A model generated the notes under the pieces. The model was given only the letters and a program-made list of their open reading frames with translations, was not told the origin of the DNA and did not search any database. A DNA stretch of 64,000 bases. Source: Spirochaetia bacterium (GTDB taxonomy: Bacteria; Spirochaetota; Spirochaetia; DSM-2461). The stretch lies in assembly GCA_963666985.2 (NCBI GenBank), contig CAXXIA010000002.1:896001-960000 (forward strand), read 5' to 3'. The position numbers and the translations under genes are program-made. Shown piece by piece: positions 49,161 to 60,355 of the stretch (the first letter of the stretch is position 1; each line of letters opens with the position of its first letter).

Positions 49161-50870
49161 ATGATTCAAAACTACTTTGCTTCCCGACAAGACAATACCG
49201 ATCCGCATTTACGGGCGATGCTTGAGAGGGTGAAAAATCAATATCCGGAAAATACGGCGCTTCAACACAGAATCGATGAAAATAAATACCAAAAGCGGAC
49301 CTATCGGGAACTCTATAACAGCGTTCAAAGCCTCGCTCACTGGCTGCTTTCTCGGGGGCTGCAAAAAGGCGAGCGGGTAGGACTGCTTTGCGAAAACCGT
49401 TCGGAATGGTGCATCGCCTACCTGGGAGTCACCATCGCCGGTATCGTTATCGTTCCGCTGGACATTCTCCAATCCCCGGAACATGTCGCAAAATTGGTGG
49501 AATTCGCCGAACTCAAAGCGTTTATCTCTTCGAATGAAATGAAACCGAAATGGTCCGAACTCATGGGGAAAAGCTTCTTCCCGGAGATCCTCATCAACGT
49601 CGATATTCCTCAAGATGACGGCGGAATAGTGTCCTTTGCTGAAATCATCCGCTCCGATTGCGGCGCCGAGCTGCCTCCGCTTGAGGAAAATGATACCGCT
49701 TCCATCATCTTCACTTCAGGAACCACGGGAACACCCAAAGGAGTCATGCTCTCTCACCGCGGAATCCTGGCGAACTTCAACGCTTCGGTTATGTCCCTGC
49801 CCATCGATGAAAACGACAACTTCATCGCGGTTCTCCCCTTCCACCATACCTACCCCACAACCTGCAGCTTTATTTCACCCGTCTGTGTAGGCGGAATTGT
49901 CACCATCGTCGATAAAATCGTCGGACCGGTCATCATCTCCAATATCCGGGAAACGGGCGGAACCCACGTTATCGGCGTTCCCCTGCTCTTCGATAAAATC
50001 CGCCGCGGTTTGGAATCCAATCTGAAAAAAATCAAAGGCTTCAAGGGACTTCTCATCAAGGTGCTCTTCGGCCTTTCGCGATTCTTCGGGAAACTGGGCT
50101 GGAAGGCCGGCCGGATTCTGATGAAAAGCGTCCGCGAAGGCGCCGGCCTGGGGAGCATCCGGCTTCTTGTAGCCGGAGGAGGCCCGTTAAATCCTTCAAC
50201 CGGACGCTACTTCGACACCTTGGGATTCGATATCGTTCAGGGCTACGGAATGAGCGAAAACGGCCCTCTTATCGCCACCAACACGCCCAAATACAACAAC
50301 TTCGACTCGGTCGGCCTCACGGTCAAAGACACCGATATCCGCATTCTGAACGCGGATGCGCAGGGAATCGGCGAAATCATCGTCAAATCCCCGTCTCTGA
50401 TGAAGGGCTACTTCAAGAATCCCGAAGCAACGGCCGCCATGTTCACCGAAGACGGCTATCTGAAAACCGGCGATCTGGGCTTTTTCGATAAGAAAGGCTT
50501 TTTGTATATCAACGGGCGAAGCAAGAATCTCATCGTTTCCCCGGGCGGGAAAAATATCTTCCCCGAGGAAATCGAAGCATACTTCAGCGAGATTCCCATC
50601 ATCGCGGAGATTCTGATCCGAGGACGAAAAATCGACAGCAAGAATGCCGGCGAGGAAGTGGAAGCCGTCTGCTTCCCTGATTTCGAAGCGCTGGAAGAAC
50701 TCCATCCGCACCGTCAATGGGACAAAGACTCCCTTCAGCCCCTCATCCAGCAGGAAATCGATGCCGTCAACCGAAAGCTGGAACCCTATAAAAGGATTCG
50801 CTACCTCTCGATTCGCCTGGAGGACTTCGAAAAAACCTCCTCGCAGAAAATTAAGCGTTTCCTTTATTAA
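49161..50870 (+). CDS. Long-chain fatty acid-CoA ligase (AMP-binding)
   Basis: FTSGTTGTPKGV, LPFHH, QGYGMSE, TGDLG, GRSKN..GKNIFPEEIE, KIKR. Confidence 0.9.
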   Translation: MIQNYFASRQDNTDPHLRAMLERVKNQYPENTALQHRIDENKYQKRTYRELYNSVQSLAHWLLSRGLQKGERVGLLCENRSEWCIAYLGVTIAGIVIVPLDILQSPEHVAKLVEFAELKAFISSNEMKPKWSELMGKSFFPEILINVDIPQDDGGIVSFAEIIRSDCGAELPPLEENDTASIIFTSGTTGTPKGVMLSHRGILANFNASVMSLPIDENDNFIAVLPFHHTYPTTCSFISPVCVGGIVTIVDKIVGPVIISNIRETGGTHVIGVPLLFDKIRRGLESNLKKIKGFKGLLIKVLFGLSRFFGKLGWKAGRILMKSVREGAGLGSIRLLVAGGGPLNPSTGRYFDTLGFDIVQGYGMSENGPLIATNTPKYNNFDSVGLTVKDTDIRILNADAQGIGEIIVKSPSLMKGYFKNPEATAAMFTEDGYLKTGDLGFFDKKGFLYINGRSKNLIVSPGGKNIFPEEIEAYFSEIPIIAEILIRGRKIDSKNAGEEVEAVCFPDFEALEELHPHRQWDKDSLQPLIQQEIDAVNRKLEPYKRIRYLSIRLEDFEKTSSQKIKRFLY

Positions 50871-51360
50871 TCCCCGAGGCCGCCTCTTCCCATGCCTCTT
50901 CCAGTTCGCGGATTAAGGCAGCCCTTTGCTCCAGAAGGTCCAAAAGCTTCTCGATTCCACCCGCCTCTTTTTCGGAGAAACCGGAAAGACCTTCGAGAAG
51001 CGGACGTTCCACCGTTTCATGAAAAGCCATATGGGCCTCGAATGCCGAACGTCCTTCCCCGCTGATGCGCAGCAGCACCTCTTTTTGGTTGTCCGGCATT
51101 CTGTAACGCTCGACAAGCCCTTTCCGTTCCAGTTTTTTCACCGCCTGGGAAACGGCGCTTTTCGTAATTCCGTGTACGAGCGCCAATTCGGTAATATTGA
51201 TGCCTTCCCGGCGGCCGATGGTGTCGATAAGATGAATTTCAAGGCGGTGATAAAAGGTTTCCGTACCGTATCGCTTCGGAGCGGTTGATTCCTGAACAAT
51301 GGATTCCATACTCCAAAGAAGCCGCTCCGTCAGTTGAAAAGCTTTATCACGACCAATCAT
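50851..51360 (-). CDS. MarR-family regulator
   Basis: EIHLIDTIG, NITELA..GITKSAVSQ..KLERKGLV, DNQKEV. Confidence 0.9.
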   Translation of the reverse strand: MIGRDKAFQLTERLLWSMESIVQESTAPKRYGTETFYHRLEIHLIDTIGRREGINITELALVHGITKSAVSQAVKKLERKGLVERYRMPDNQKEVLLRISGEGRSAFEAHMAFHETVERPLLEGLSGFSEKEAGGIEKLLDLLEQRAALIRELEEAWEEAASGINKGNA

Positions 51361-51362
51361 TC

Positions 51363-52736
51363 TTACCCCATCACATCATCCCTAACGGCCGCGGCGGCCA
51401 TCCGGCTTTTATTGCGAATATTTCGGCCAACCATAATCACCGAAAGAAGCGCCGCCGTGAAATCGGCCGCGGGATAGGCCGACCATAATCCGTTCATCCC
51501 CCAGTATACAGGGAAGATCATCAGAAAGGGGATGAGAAAGAGAACCTGCCGAGAGAGGGAAAGAATCAATGTTCCGGCGGGATTGCCGAGCGCCTGAAAA
51601 TAGGTAAAACCGATAACCTGCATTCCAATCAGGGGAAGCAGGCACAGGGTAATTCTCAAAGGACCGGTACCGGCCGCTATCACATCCGTATCGGCGGTAA
51701 AGGCATGCATCAAAGTTCCGGGAATTGTCATGGAAGGTATGAGCATGGCGGCTCCGAAGATAACGGCGGTTAGAAACGTTAGCCAAGTCAGCTTATTCAC
51801 CCTGTCCCAGCGTCCGGCACCGGCATTGAATCCCGCAATCGGCTGGAAACCTTGAGCCAGTCCCAAAAGAGGCATGGTTACAAAAACGTGAATCCGGCTG
51901 AGTATGCCGTAAGCCGCGATATCGGCCGCGCTTCCCATTCTTCGAAGAGAACGGTTCATCAGAACAGCCAGAACGGAAAGACCGACCTGACTGAGGAACA
52001 TGCCGATGCCCAGGCTGAAAATCCGTGCCGCATCCGAAGCAGTCACCCGGCCGAGCCTAAGCCCCAGGACATTCTTTTTCTTCGCAAGCACGAATACAAT
52101 GTAGAGCGTTGATAAAACGCGGGCGAGAACCGTTGCCCAAGCGGCTCCGATAACGCCGGTATGCAGAACGAAGAGAAACACCGGATCAAGAACAAGATTC
52201 ACAAGACTCCCCAGGAGCATGCCCATCCCGGCCTCTTTCGCCAGTCCCTCGGCTCGAACCAAATTGAAGCCCACCATTGATAAAAAGACAAACACGAAAC
52301 CCGGCTCCAGGCCGATAAGATACGATCGGGCCGGAATCCGCGTTACCTCCGTGGCGCCGAGCAAATTCAGCAAAGCCGGTCGGAAGACAAGGCTCAGAAC
52401 CGTTAAAATCACACCGGAGAGAAGAGCCAGAAAAACACCGCTTCCCGCGGCGTTCCGCGCTTCTTGATTCTTTGCTTCCCCCATTCGGTGCGAAATAAGG
52501 GAGGCGGCACCCATTCCGAGCATCGTGCCCCATGCAATCATGAACATCTGAAGGGGAAAAATCGTCGCCAATCCCGCCAGCGCCATACCGCCTTCACTCC
52601 AGCCGACGAATGCCGCGTCGACAAGATAGTAGAGACCGTTCACCATCATGGCGATAATGGAGGGAACGGCAAGAGACGCCAAAAGACGTCCCGGAGGATC
52701 GTTTTCCAAATCCTGCTTTTTCTTTTCTTTCCTCAT
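51363..52736 (-). CDS. MATE-family efflux transporter
   Basis: LAVPSII, YYLVDAAFVG, NLVLDPVF, GAAWAT, QPIAGFN.GA, LSRQ. Confidence 0.92.
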   Translation of the reverse strand: MRKEKKKQDLENDPPGRLLASLAVPSIIAMMVNGLYYLVDAAFVGWSEGGMALAGLATIFPLQMFMIAWGTMLGMGAASLISHRMGEAKNQEARNAAGSGVFLALLSGVILTVLSLVFRPALLNLLGATEVTRIPARSYLIGLEPGFVFVFLSMVGFNLVRAEGLAKEAGMGMLLGSLVNLVLDPVFLFVLHTGVIGAAWATVLARVLSTLYIVFVLAKKKNVLGLRLGRVTASDAARIFSLGIGMFLSQVGLSVLAVLMNRSLRRMGSAADIAAYGILSRIHVFVTMPLLGLAQGFQPIAGFNAGAGRWDRVNKLTWLTFLTAVIFGAAMLIPSMTIPGTLMHAFTADTDVIAAGTGPLRITLCLLPLIGMQVIGFTYFQALGNPAGTLILSLSRQVLFLIPFLMIFPVYWGMNGLWSAYPAADFTAALLSVIMVGRNIRNKSRMAAAAVRDDVMG

Positions 52737-52758
52737 AATGCGGACTCCTTACCGAGCT

Positions 52759-52804
52759 TTATTGTTAATCTAATTAACCTTATTGTCAAGCTGCTTAACA
52801 ATAA
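52759..52804 (-). promoter_or_regulatory. MATE-marR promoter with two tandem palindromic operators
   Basis: GTTAAT-CTA-ATTAAC (52764-52778) and TTATTGTCAAG-CTG-CTTAACAATAA (52780-52804) overlap TTGACA-N17-AACAAT on the - strand. Confidence 0.75.
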
Positions 52805-52845
52805 CGCCAGCCAAATCCGCTTACATCAAATCGAAATCGAAAAAC

Positions 52846-53928
52846 TTAATTGGAAAATTGTTTCGCTATCTCTTGAAAATCCCCGCGGATATCGAGAAAG
52901 GCATCAACGATATCCGGATCGAACTGGGTTCCCTGACCTTCCCGAATAATTCGCACCGCCTCCTCGTGAGGCATTTCATCTTTATAAACCCGATGACTGA
53001 TAAGCGCATCATAAACATCCGCCAAAGCCATAAAGCGAGCACTGAAGGGTATGGAATCGCCCGAGATGCCGTTCGGATATCCGCTCCCGTCCCATTTTTC
53101 ATGGTGCATCAGGGCTATCTGCTTGGCAAGACTGAGAAACTGAACCTGCATTCCGAGCGATTCTTCCGCCCTTCGAATCGCTTCCTGTCCGAGGGTTGTA
53201 TGAGATTTCATGACTTCAAATTCATCAGGATTAAAACGGCCGGGTTTTAAGAGAATATTATCGGGGATTCCGACTTTCCCGATATCATGAAGAGGTGCCG
53301 ACTTAAAAAGAAGTTCAATGGTTTTATCGTTCAGTTTTTCCTTAAATCGGGGATGATCCTTTAATTTCTCCGCCAAAGCTCTAACGTAATACTGAGTTCT
53401 GCGAATGTGGTTTCCCGTATCGTTATCCCGCGTTTCGGCCAAAGAGGCCAAAGCCTGAATCGTAACATCTTGGATGGCGACAATTTCCTGAGTTCGCTTA
53501 TCAATTTCCCTTTGAAGGAATTCATTCTTGTCCTTCAAAAAATCCGCGGATGCTTTCAGAGTCAAATGATTTTTTACCCGCTGGAGAACGATCGCGGGTT
53601 TTACGGGCTTAACAAGATAATCAACCGCCCCCAATTCAAGACCGTGCGTCTCATCATCGACTTCACTCATTGCGGTTACAAAAACGATGGGAATATCTTT
53701 TGCCTCTTCCGAAGCCTTAAGGCGGCGGCATACTTCGTAACCGTCCATTTCCGGCATGATTACATCAAGAAGAACAAGATCGGGTTTTTTATCCGATAAA
53801 CAAATTTTCAGGGCGGTTTCTCCGCTTGTCGCGGCCTTAATCTGGTATTTTTCACCCAGGACACTGCTTAAAACCTGAATATTTTCAGGGCTGTCGTCTA
53901 CAATCAGGATAATTTCTTTTCTCGTCAT
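52846..53928 (-). CDS. Response regulator with HD-GYP c-di-GMP phosphodiesterase domain
   Basis: REC (VDD, LDVIMP, KP); LHDIGK, HHEKWDGSGYP, ADVYDAL. Confidence 0.93.
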   Translation of the reverse strand: MTRKEIILIVDDSPENIQVLSSVLGEKYQIKAATSGETALKICLSDKKPDLVLLDVIMPEMDGYEVCRRLKASEEAKDIPIVFVTAMSEVDDETHGLELGAVDYLVKPVKPAIVLQRVKNHLTLKASADFLKDKNEFLQREIDKRTQEIVAIQDVTIQALASLAETRDNDTGNHIRRTQYYVRALAEKLKDHPRFKEKLNDKTIELLFKSAPLHDIGKVGIPDNILLKPGRFNPDEFEVMKSHTTLGQEAIRRAEESLGMQVQFLSLAKQIALMHHEKWDGSGYPNGISGDSIPFSARFMALADVYDALISHRVYKDEMPHEEAVRIIREGQGTQFDPDIVDAFLDIRGDFQEIAKQFSN

Positions 53929-54239
53929 TTTTTTTACATTTTTTACCGAAAGAAGTCATCACGTTCTTCCGATAAATCATCTTTCCTTCGCATGGTTTTT
54001 TCGGTTTTCCCATAAAAAAATATAGTTCAATCAATGAAGGATTTCCTCGAATACTTCAATCTTTAAAACCGTTCCACGAAATCTCCATACTCTTCACTTC
54101 TTCCAAACAAAGAAAATAGGAAACACTTCCCGGAAACAAAAAAGCATTAAGAATAATCCATATACTTTCGAGAATAGACCGTTGAAAGGAGAAAATGAGC
54201 GGACAAGAATAGCGAGCGCAGATCCTAATTTATATTAAT

Positions 54240-54608
54240 CTATTTATCCAGAAATTCATTGCAGAAAGAAATCAGTTTTCGGCTGTCGACGGGCTTAATT
54301 AAATATTCGACGGCACCGGCTTCAAGGCCCTTTTTGCGTTCCGTTTCATCATCGGCGGATGAAATAAAAACAACGGGAATGTTCTTCGTCAATTCACCGC
54401 TTTTCAAAGAGTTCAGAACCTGAAATCCATCCATTTCAGGCATGATTATATCCAGAAGAATAAGATCCGGCTGTGTTTTCTCCGCTATTTTTAAAGCCGT
54501 TTTTCCATTCAGCGCCGGCTTAACCGAATAAAGAGGAGAAAGTATTTCAATGAGAACATCCAGATTTTCCTTAACATCATCGACAATCAGAATGGATTTA
54601 ACGCTCAT
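54240..54608 (-). CDS. Single-domain response regulator
   Basis: [17 protein letters not shown]; 122 aa. Confidence 0.9.
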   Translation of the reverse strand: MSVKSILIVDDVKENLDVLIEILSPLYSVKPALNGKTALKIAEKTQPDLILLDIIMPEMDGFQVLNSLKSGELTKNIPVVFISSADDETERKKGLEAGAVEYLIKPVDSRKLISFCNEFLDK

Positions 54609-57358
54609 TTAAGAAGTTTCTCCTTGAATCCTTCCAGCAGCCGTGCCGCATCTTCAAAATTAAATTCTTCTATCATGTTCCGGATTTCTTCATATTCGGA
54701 TTCCAATCCTCGTTTCCCGAATTCTCCGGACAATTGACCGATCAGATCCTTTGATTCAACGGCATACTCGTCCAGGGCTTTATCCAAATCACCTAAAATC
54801 CGCTCCAATTCCTCATCTGAAAGATCCGGAGAATCATTCAATTCGGGATTCTTCCGAAAGTCTTCCCAAGCTTTGAGAAACGGTTCAAGAGAAAGAGAAA
54901 GGGTTAACAGATGTTCTTCGGAAATCTCCAGCGGAGGAAGATACCGATCCGGAGTACAATGTTCTTTTTTCAGTTCATCATCCAGCCGGGTTACGGCTTT
55001 CGCCAGCTCACCGGCTCCGAGATTCCCGGCCACACCTTTCAGTGTATGGGCAATCCGTTCGGCGTCAACACGATCCTTTCGCTTCAAGGCCTCGCGTATT
55101 TTATGTCCGAAATCCCGGTTTTTCTCAACAAACGTGTTGATAAGCTTCAGATAGACGCTTCTGTTTCCGCCCACGCGATAAAGTCCGTCGTCGACATCCA
55201 AACCGTCCGCTTTTCTCAGCAGTTCAACCAGCGCTTCCAGCTTTTCCGGATCTTCAGAGGTTGGAGAGACGGAAATCGCCTCGCCTTCGGAGCGTTCGAT
55301 TCGAATCGGATCGATTCGTTCCATAAGCGTCTGGAAGAGAGCCTTCGGTTCAATCGGTTTCGTAACAAAATCATCCATACCCGCTTCAAAGACTCTTTCG
55401 GCAACTCCGGCCATGGCATCGGCCGTCATGGCGATAATGGGCAAGTCGGCTGAACTTCGTTCCTTACGGATTTCCCGCGTCGCCTGATAGCCGTCGAGCA
55501 CCGGCATCTGCAGATCCATTAAAACGATATCGAAACGGCCGGCAAGCGCTTTTTCAACGCCTATGCGGCCGTTCTCGGCTATCTCCACACGGAGTCCCTC
55601 TTGTTCCAAAAGTTCCCTGGCAACCTGCTGATTAATCTCATTATCCTCGACAAGAAGAATTCGGGCTCCCCGGATTTCATCAAATCCATTCGGAGAAAAT
55701 GAATCCTTCTCTTCGGATTTCCGATCCGAAGAATGCTCGCCGAAAGAGCTTAAAACGGCATCAAACAGCATGGACTGACTGACGGGCTTCAACAGCAGAC
55801 CGTCAAGCCGCAGCAGCTTAATCTCATTGGCGACATCTTCATAGGAAAAAGCCGTTGCCATGATGATTTTCGGCATTTTCGAAAGCCCCAGATTTCGGAT
55901 CCGTTTCACCGTTTCAATACCGTCGATTCCGGGCATTTTCCAATCCATGAGAATCAAATCAAATCCCTCGGGGCTGGACTGAAGAATCCGAAGGGCTTTT
56001 TCTCCGCTTTCGGCGACAAAAACCGAAAAAGAGAAGTCTTCCAGATACTCGCTGAGAACCTCCCGGGCCATCTCGTTATCATCCACGACAAGAACATTCA
56101 AAGATGCCAGGGCAAGGGGGATTATACGTTCGGCCTTTTTCTTTCGTCTGGAAATCGGGAGCTCCACCTGAAAATAGAAATTGGATCCCTTCCCCAATTC
56201 ACTTTCCACACCGATTTTTCCGTCCATCATTTCCACAAGCCGGCTGCTGATGCTTAAACCCAATCCGGTTCCGCCGTATTTTCGGGTTGTGGAAACATCG
56301 GCCTGGCTGAAGGCTTGAAACAGATGCGACTGCTGTTCTTCGCTCAAGCCGATGCCCGTATCCTTTACCTCGAATTGTAGGGAAAGAGCCTCATCCCGGC
56401 GATCGAGCACCGTTACAATCACGTCGATTTCTCCGGATTCGGTGAATTTCACCGCATTGTTCACCAGGTTTAAAAGGATTTGACCGATGCGCAGAGGATC
56501 GCCGATAAACTGTGTTTCCATATCGGCGGGTTTGGAAATAATAAACTCAAGGCCTTTTCTCTGAGCCTTAATGCCCACGACATTGCTGATATTATCCAGG
56601 ACTTCTTCCAAATCGAAATCGATGCTTTCAATATCAAGCTTTCCGGCTTCAATTTTCGAGAAATCGAGAATGTCATTGATAATACCCAGAAGATTCTTCG
56701 CCGCCCTATCGATTTTCACGGCATAATCCTTCTGTTTATCCGACAGATCCGTTTTCATCAGAAGGTGCGTCAGTCCGATGACGGCATTCATGGGAGTGCG
56801 GATTTCATGAGACATATTGGCCAAAAAATCAGACTTGGCCTGGGTGGCCGACTCCGCTTCTTTTTTCGCAACATCCAAATCCTGCATAACATTCAGCATG
56901 GCCCGTCTGGAACTGGCCATCTGTGATACCCGGGATTCCATGGCATAATAAGTTTCTTCTCTTTTCTGAATCGACTCTTTCAGCTGCCGGGCTACCGTGT
57001 TGAAATACTCGGAATAGTCTCCGGAGAAAGATTCTTCCAGGTTAAGGTCTCCGTCGCCGAACTGTTTGCTGATCCGCATTAAATAACGCAAGCCCGTATG
57101 GAGGCTTCGTATCGATTGAAGAAGGGGAAGGCCCGTTTCGGGGAAATCATCGCTTAAATCAAATGATTCAAGCGACAACATAATTTTCGTAATGTCGTTA
57201 TGTGCTTGAAGGAATCTATTTAAAGAATGAGTCATCCGTTCGAATTCCTCCGATCCGACGGTTTCGAAATCAAACGAAGATTCAACGATTTCATTTCGTA
57301 CTATTTTTGAGAATATCTCCGTCAGTTTCTCGATATCCTCCGAACGAATATTAGGCAT
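54605..57358 (-). CDS. Hybrid histidine kinase (HisKA-HATPase-REC-REC-Hpt) with no TM or sensor domain
   Basis: [50 protein letters not shown]. Confidence 0.93.
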   Translation of the reverse strand: MPNIRSEDIEKLTEIFSKIVRNEIVESSFDFETVGSEEFERMTHSLNRFLQAHNDITKIMLSLESFDLSDDFPETGLPLLQSIRSLHTGLRYLMRISKQFGDGDLNLEESFSGDYSEYFNTVARQLKESIQKREETYYAMESRVSQMASSRRAMLNVMQDLDVAKKEAESATQAKSDFLANMSHEIRTPMNAVIGLTHLLMKTDLSDKQKDYAVKIDRAAKNLLGIINDILDFSKIEAGKLDIESIDFDLEEVLDNISNVVGIKAQRKGLEFIISKPADMETQFIGDPLRIGQILLNLVNNAVKFTESGEIDVIVTVLDRRDEALSLQFEVKDTGIGLSEEQQSHLFQAFSQADVSTTRKYGGTGLGLSISSRLVEMMDGKIGVESELGKGSNFYFQVELPISRRKKKAERIIPLALASLNVLVVDDNEMAREVLSEYLEDFSFSVFVAESGEKALRILQSSPEGFDLILMDWKMPGIDGIETVKRIRNLGLSKMPKIIMATAFSYEDVANEIKLLRLDGLLLKPVSQSMLFDAVLSSFGEHSSDRKSEEKDSFSPNGFDEIRGARILLVEDNEINQQVARELLEQEGLRVEIAENGRIGVEKALAGRFDIVLMDLQMPVLDGYQATREIRKERSSADLPIIAMTADAMAGVAERVFEAGMDDFVTKPIEPKALFQTLMERIDPIRIERSEGEAISVSPTSEDPEKLEALVELLRKADGLDVDDGLYRVGGNRSVYLKLINTFVEKNRDFGHKIREALKRKDRVDAERIAHTLKGVAGNLGAGELAKAVTRLDDELKKEHCTPDRYLPPLEISEEHLLTLSLSLEPFLKAWEDFRKNPELNDSPDLSDEELERILGDLDKALDEYAVESKDLIGQLSGEFGKRGLESEYEEIRNMIEEFNFEDAARLLEGFKEKLLK

Positions 57359-57369
57359 TGTTATTCCCC

Positions 57370-60345
57370 TTATTCCTCAGCCGCGATACTATACTTTTCG
57401 GGAAGATTTAATCGTTTCAGCAGCTCGTTCACTTCGCTTTTCAGTTCAATCATTTTTTCTTCCCTTCCTATGGTCAGCTTATTAAAAAGTTCCAGTTCAT
57501 CCATTTGCTCCCTGAGATGCACTTCATCGGCCTTTCTTCTGGTTATATCCCGAACAGAAAACATCATCCGGATTCCTTCCGATGTATAAAGTGATCCGAG
57601 CGATATCTCGACCGGAAACTGCCTCCGTGTTTTTCCCTGCGCATAAGTTTCAAAGGCTTCTAGGGATTTCGCTTTTGATGCATCCGCTTTTAGAAAATCC
57701 CAAGCACGGCTTTCGGTAACGTTTTTGGGAAACAAAATTTCAAAAGGCTGATTCATCAATTCGGATCTGTCGTACCCGAAAAGAAACTCCGTTTCATGAT
57801 TAATCCGAATAATTCTCATTTCGTTATCTACGATAATAAGACTGTCGGGAGTAGCTTCAAGAAAGGATTCAAGCCGTTTCTCGTTTATTCTGGCTTGTTT
57901 TTCAACGAACTTCCTATCGGTAATATCGATACTATACTCGATAATACGAAAAACCTCGCCGTGTTCGTTCAGGATGGGATACATAAAAACTTTTAAAAAT
58001 CGTTCCGCTCCGCTTGAATCCTTCCAAACATGTTCCACAGTCGCCGGTGATTTCGTTCGAACCACCTCGGGCATGGAACACTCAAATCCGCACCGGCTGC
58101 AAGGTTTGTCACAATGATTAAAAACGCTGTAGCAGGATTTTCCTATTTCGGCCCCTTTTTCACGAGCCGCCCTATTGGCCATGACGATTTGCCGCGTGGC
58201 GACATCGACGACACAAAACGGATAAGTAATGGCTTCAATGGCGCCGTGAAAAAGCTCATTTGAGGCCGTCAGATCCGCCGTCCGCTTCTCCACCCGTTTC
58301 TGTAAATCGGCATTGGACAGATTCAGGGCTTCGTTGGCTTTTCCGCTGACGACAAGGCTCATCAGCGTTGTTCCGACGGCGAGCATCATGGTAAAGGCTA
58401 ATGCCAGAATGATGATTTCCCGAAGAAGGGTAAAGCGCTTCATTATTTCTTCGGCTTCTACCTCGGTGGCCAGACCGTAGCGATAGACGTCGTTCCAAAG
58501 CCACACGCCAAAAACCGGTACTCCCAGATAATTCCTATATGCTTCCAAGGCCCAACCATCGATTCCTATCAAAGCATTCTGAGCCATTCGGGTAAATTCA
58601 CGATTTTCAATTGTCGATAAAGGCTTCTCACCCTTAAGAAGATTCACTCCGGGATTCCGAATTTCCATTTGGAGAATGCTTGAAGCCCCCGGCGGCAATA
58701 TCCCGAGTGTTACAAGCTGATCTGTAAATCGGCTTTCGGTAAACATCTTTCCCGAGTTATCAAAGGCATACGTTTCCGCGGTGTTATCGAAATAAAAATC
58801 CTCTGTTATTTTACTGGCAAGGTTTCGAGGATTATAGGAAGCGGCCAGAACCGCGATTACTCCTTTCCGTTCATTCTCTATGGGAATCAGGAGAAACCCG
58901 TGCGGAATCGGTTTCCCGTCGAGACCGGGAACTTCCAACGGTGTGAGAAATTGCGGCCGGCCGCTGAAAGCTCGCGTAAACTCGATTTTCTTTTCTTCAA
59001 GGAATTCCGGTATGCTTTCCTCCAGTCCTTCAAGAGAAGATGCAGCGACTTGAAAGTTTGAATCAATTACCAAATAGAAGATTCGATCATTCCAAGGAAA
59101 CGTATCGGCAATATACCTTTCCAGAGCCCGGCGGTCCGCGTAATCGCGATTTTCATTAAGGAGCAGATTCTCCGCCAAAGTTTGAAAAGCTTCCCCATCG
59201 ACACGCTGCGTAAGAATTTCGAGATTGAAGGCAATCATTGTAGAAAGAGATTTATCCGCCGTCCGCAGAACAACTTCCAGAGAATGTTTTATATCTTCTT
59301 TATAGTTGTATTCGACTCTGCCGACGCAAAGAAACGCGATAACCGCGGCAAGACAAACAAATACAGCCAAAGCGATAAGAGAAGTCGCCCGGATGCTGTG
59401 CCATTTCAGCCTGCGGATATCCAGATTGAGTTTTTTAAAAATCCACAAACCGACGGCATTAATGAGAACGATACCGAGAAAAATCGCCGTAACGATTTGA
59501 ATAAACTCGGAATCCGTTCGGACGGATTCGTTGGGCGTTTCGTTTCCCATTCCCATCCATTTATTCTGGATTCTGGTAAGTTCTTCAGCCGGAAAGGCAT
59601 CCATGGCCTTTTGAAGAGAGCTTGTCAGCAGGGGCCGATCGTTTCGGATTCCGATACACAACTCTTCGAAGCTGTGATTTTCCGAGGGGATAATGCCCGA
59701 TATTAATAAATCCGTTAAAAAATATTCTCTAACGGCATATATAACGGCTCCCTGTCCTCCGATTGCGGCATCCGCATCTCCCGTACTCACGGCTATTAAG
59801 GCTTCAGAGATACTCGAATAAGGTCTGATAATTACTTCCGGATAATTCGTTTCCAGCAGTTTTTGATGAGTCGTATTCTCAGGAACGGCGACGACTTTTC
59901 CGGAAAGCTGATCAAGGCGATCGTATTCCGCACCGACATGACTGATAATCACATTGAAATTATTCGCGAACGGCGTGGTGAAATCCAAATAACTCAGCCG
60001 TTCTTCCAGAACCGCTACCCCTAAAAGAACGTCGATTTCACGGTTTTGGGCCATCGTTAAAAAATCGCCGAACGACGGCCCGGTAACATACTCGATCTTG
60101 ATTCCCAGCATCCGGCCGAGAACATCCATGTAATCGATTCCGAATCCAGCGGGTTGTCCTTCCGCGTTGAAATTAAACGGCGCGAAGTCCTGCACATTGG
60201 AAACCCTGACGGTCTGATGCTCTTTCAGCCAGGCCCGCTCTTCACCGGTAAGAGTAACCGAATAATCCCCGGCGGGAAGTCGGGCGGCCGTACTCAGAAA
60301 GAGGAAAAGGAGCGGCACGCATTGACGAATAATCAATCGTTTCAT
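57370..60345 (-). CDS. Membrane sensor (PBPb/SBP_bac_3 + Cache-like + 2 PAS) with no output domain
   Basis: [24 protein letters not shown] segments, [14 protein letters not shown] with FNHCDKPC..C, tail [17 protein letters not shown] 60345. Confidence 0.85.
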   Translation of the reverse strand: MKRLIIRQCVPLLFLFLSTAARLPAGDYSVTLTGEERAWLKEHQTVRVSNVQDFAPFNFNAEGQPAGFGIDYMDVLGRMLGIKIEYVTGPSFGDFLTMAQNREIDVLLGVAVLEERLSYLDFTTPFANNFNVIISHVGAEYDRLDQLSGKVVAVPENTTHQKLLETNYPEVIIRPYSSISEALIAVSTGDADAAIGGQGAVIYAVREYFLTDLLISGIIPSENHSFEELCIGIRNDRPLLTSSLQKAMDAFPAEELTRIQNKWMGMGNETPNESVRTDSEFIQIVTAIFLGIVLINAVGLWIFKKLNLDIRRLKWHSIRATSLIALAVFVCLAAVIAFLCVGRVEYNYKEDIKHSLEVVLRTADKSLSTMIAFNLEILTQRVDGEAFQTLAENLLLNENRDYADRRALERYIADTFPWNDRIFYLVIDSNFQVAASSLEGLEESIPEFLEEKKIEFTRAFSGRPQFLTPLEVPGLDGKPIPHGFLLIPIENERKGVIAVLAASYNPRNLASKITEDFYFDNTAETYAFDNSGKMFTESRFTDQLVTLGILPPGASSILQMEIRNPGVNLLKGEKPLSTIENREFTRMAQNALIGIDGWALEAYRNYLGVPVFGVWLWNDVYRYGLATEVEAEEIMKRFTLLREIIILALAFTMMLAVGTTLMSLVVSGKANEALNLSNADLQKRVEKRTADLTASNELFHGAIEAITYPFCVVDVATRQIVMANRAAREKGAEIGKSCYSVFNHCDKPCSRCGFECSMPEVVRTKSPATVEHVWKDSSGAERFLKVFMYPILNEHGEVFRIIEYSIDITDRKFVEKQARINEKRLESFLEATPDSLIIVDNEMRIIRINHETEFLFGYDRSELMNQPFEILFPKNVTESRAWDFLKADASKAKSLEAFETYAQGKTRRQFPVEISLGSLYTSEGIRMMFSVRDITRRKADEVHLREQMDELELFNKLTIGREEKMIELKSEVNELLKRLNLPEKYSIAAEE

Positions 60346-60355
60346 GTAACAACCT

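Noticed and set aside
50851..50870. 20-bp convergent overlap of marR and the acyl-CoA ligase
   Set aside because: A common arrangement with no sign of function
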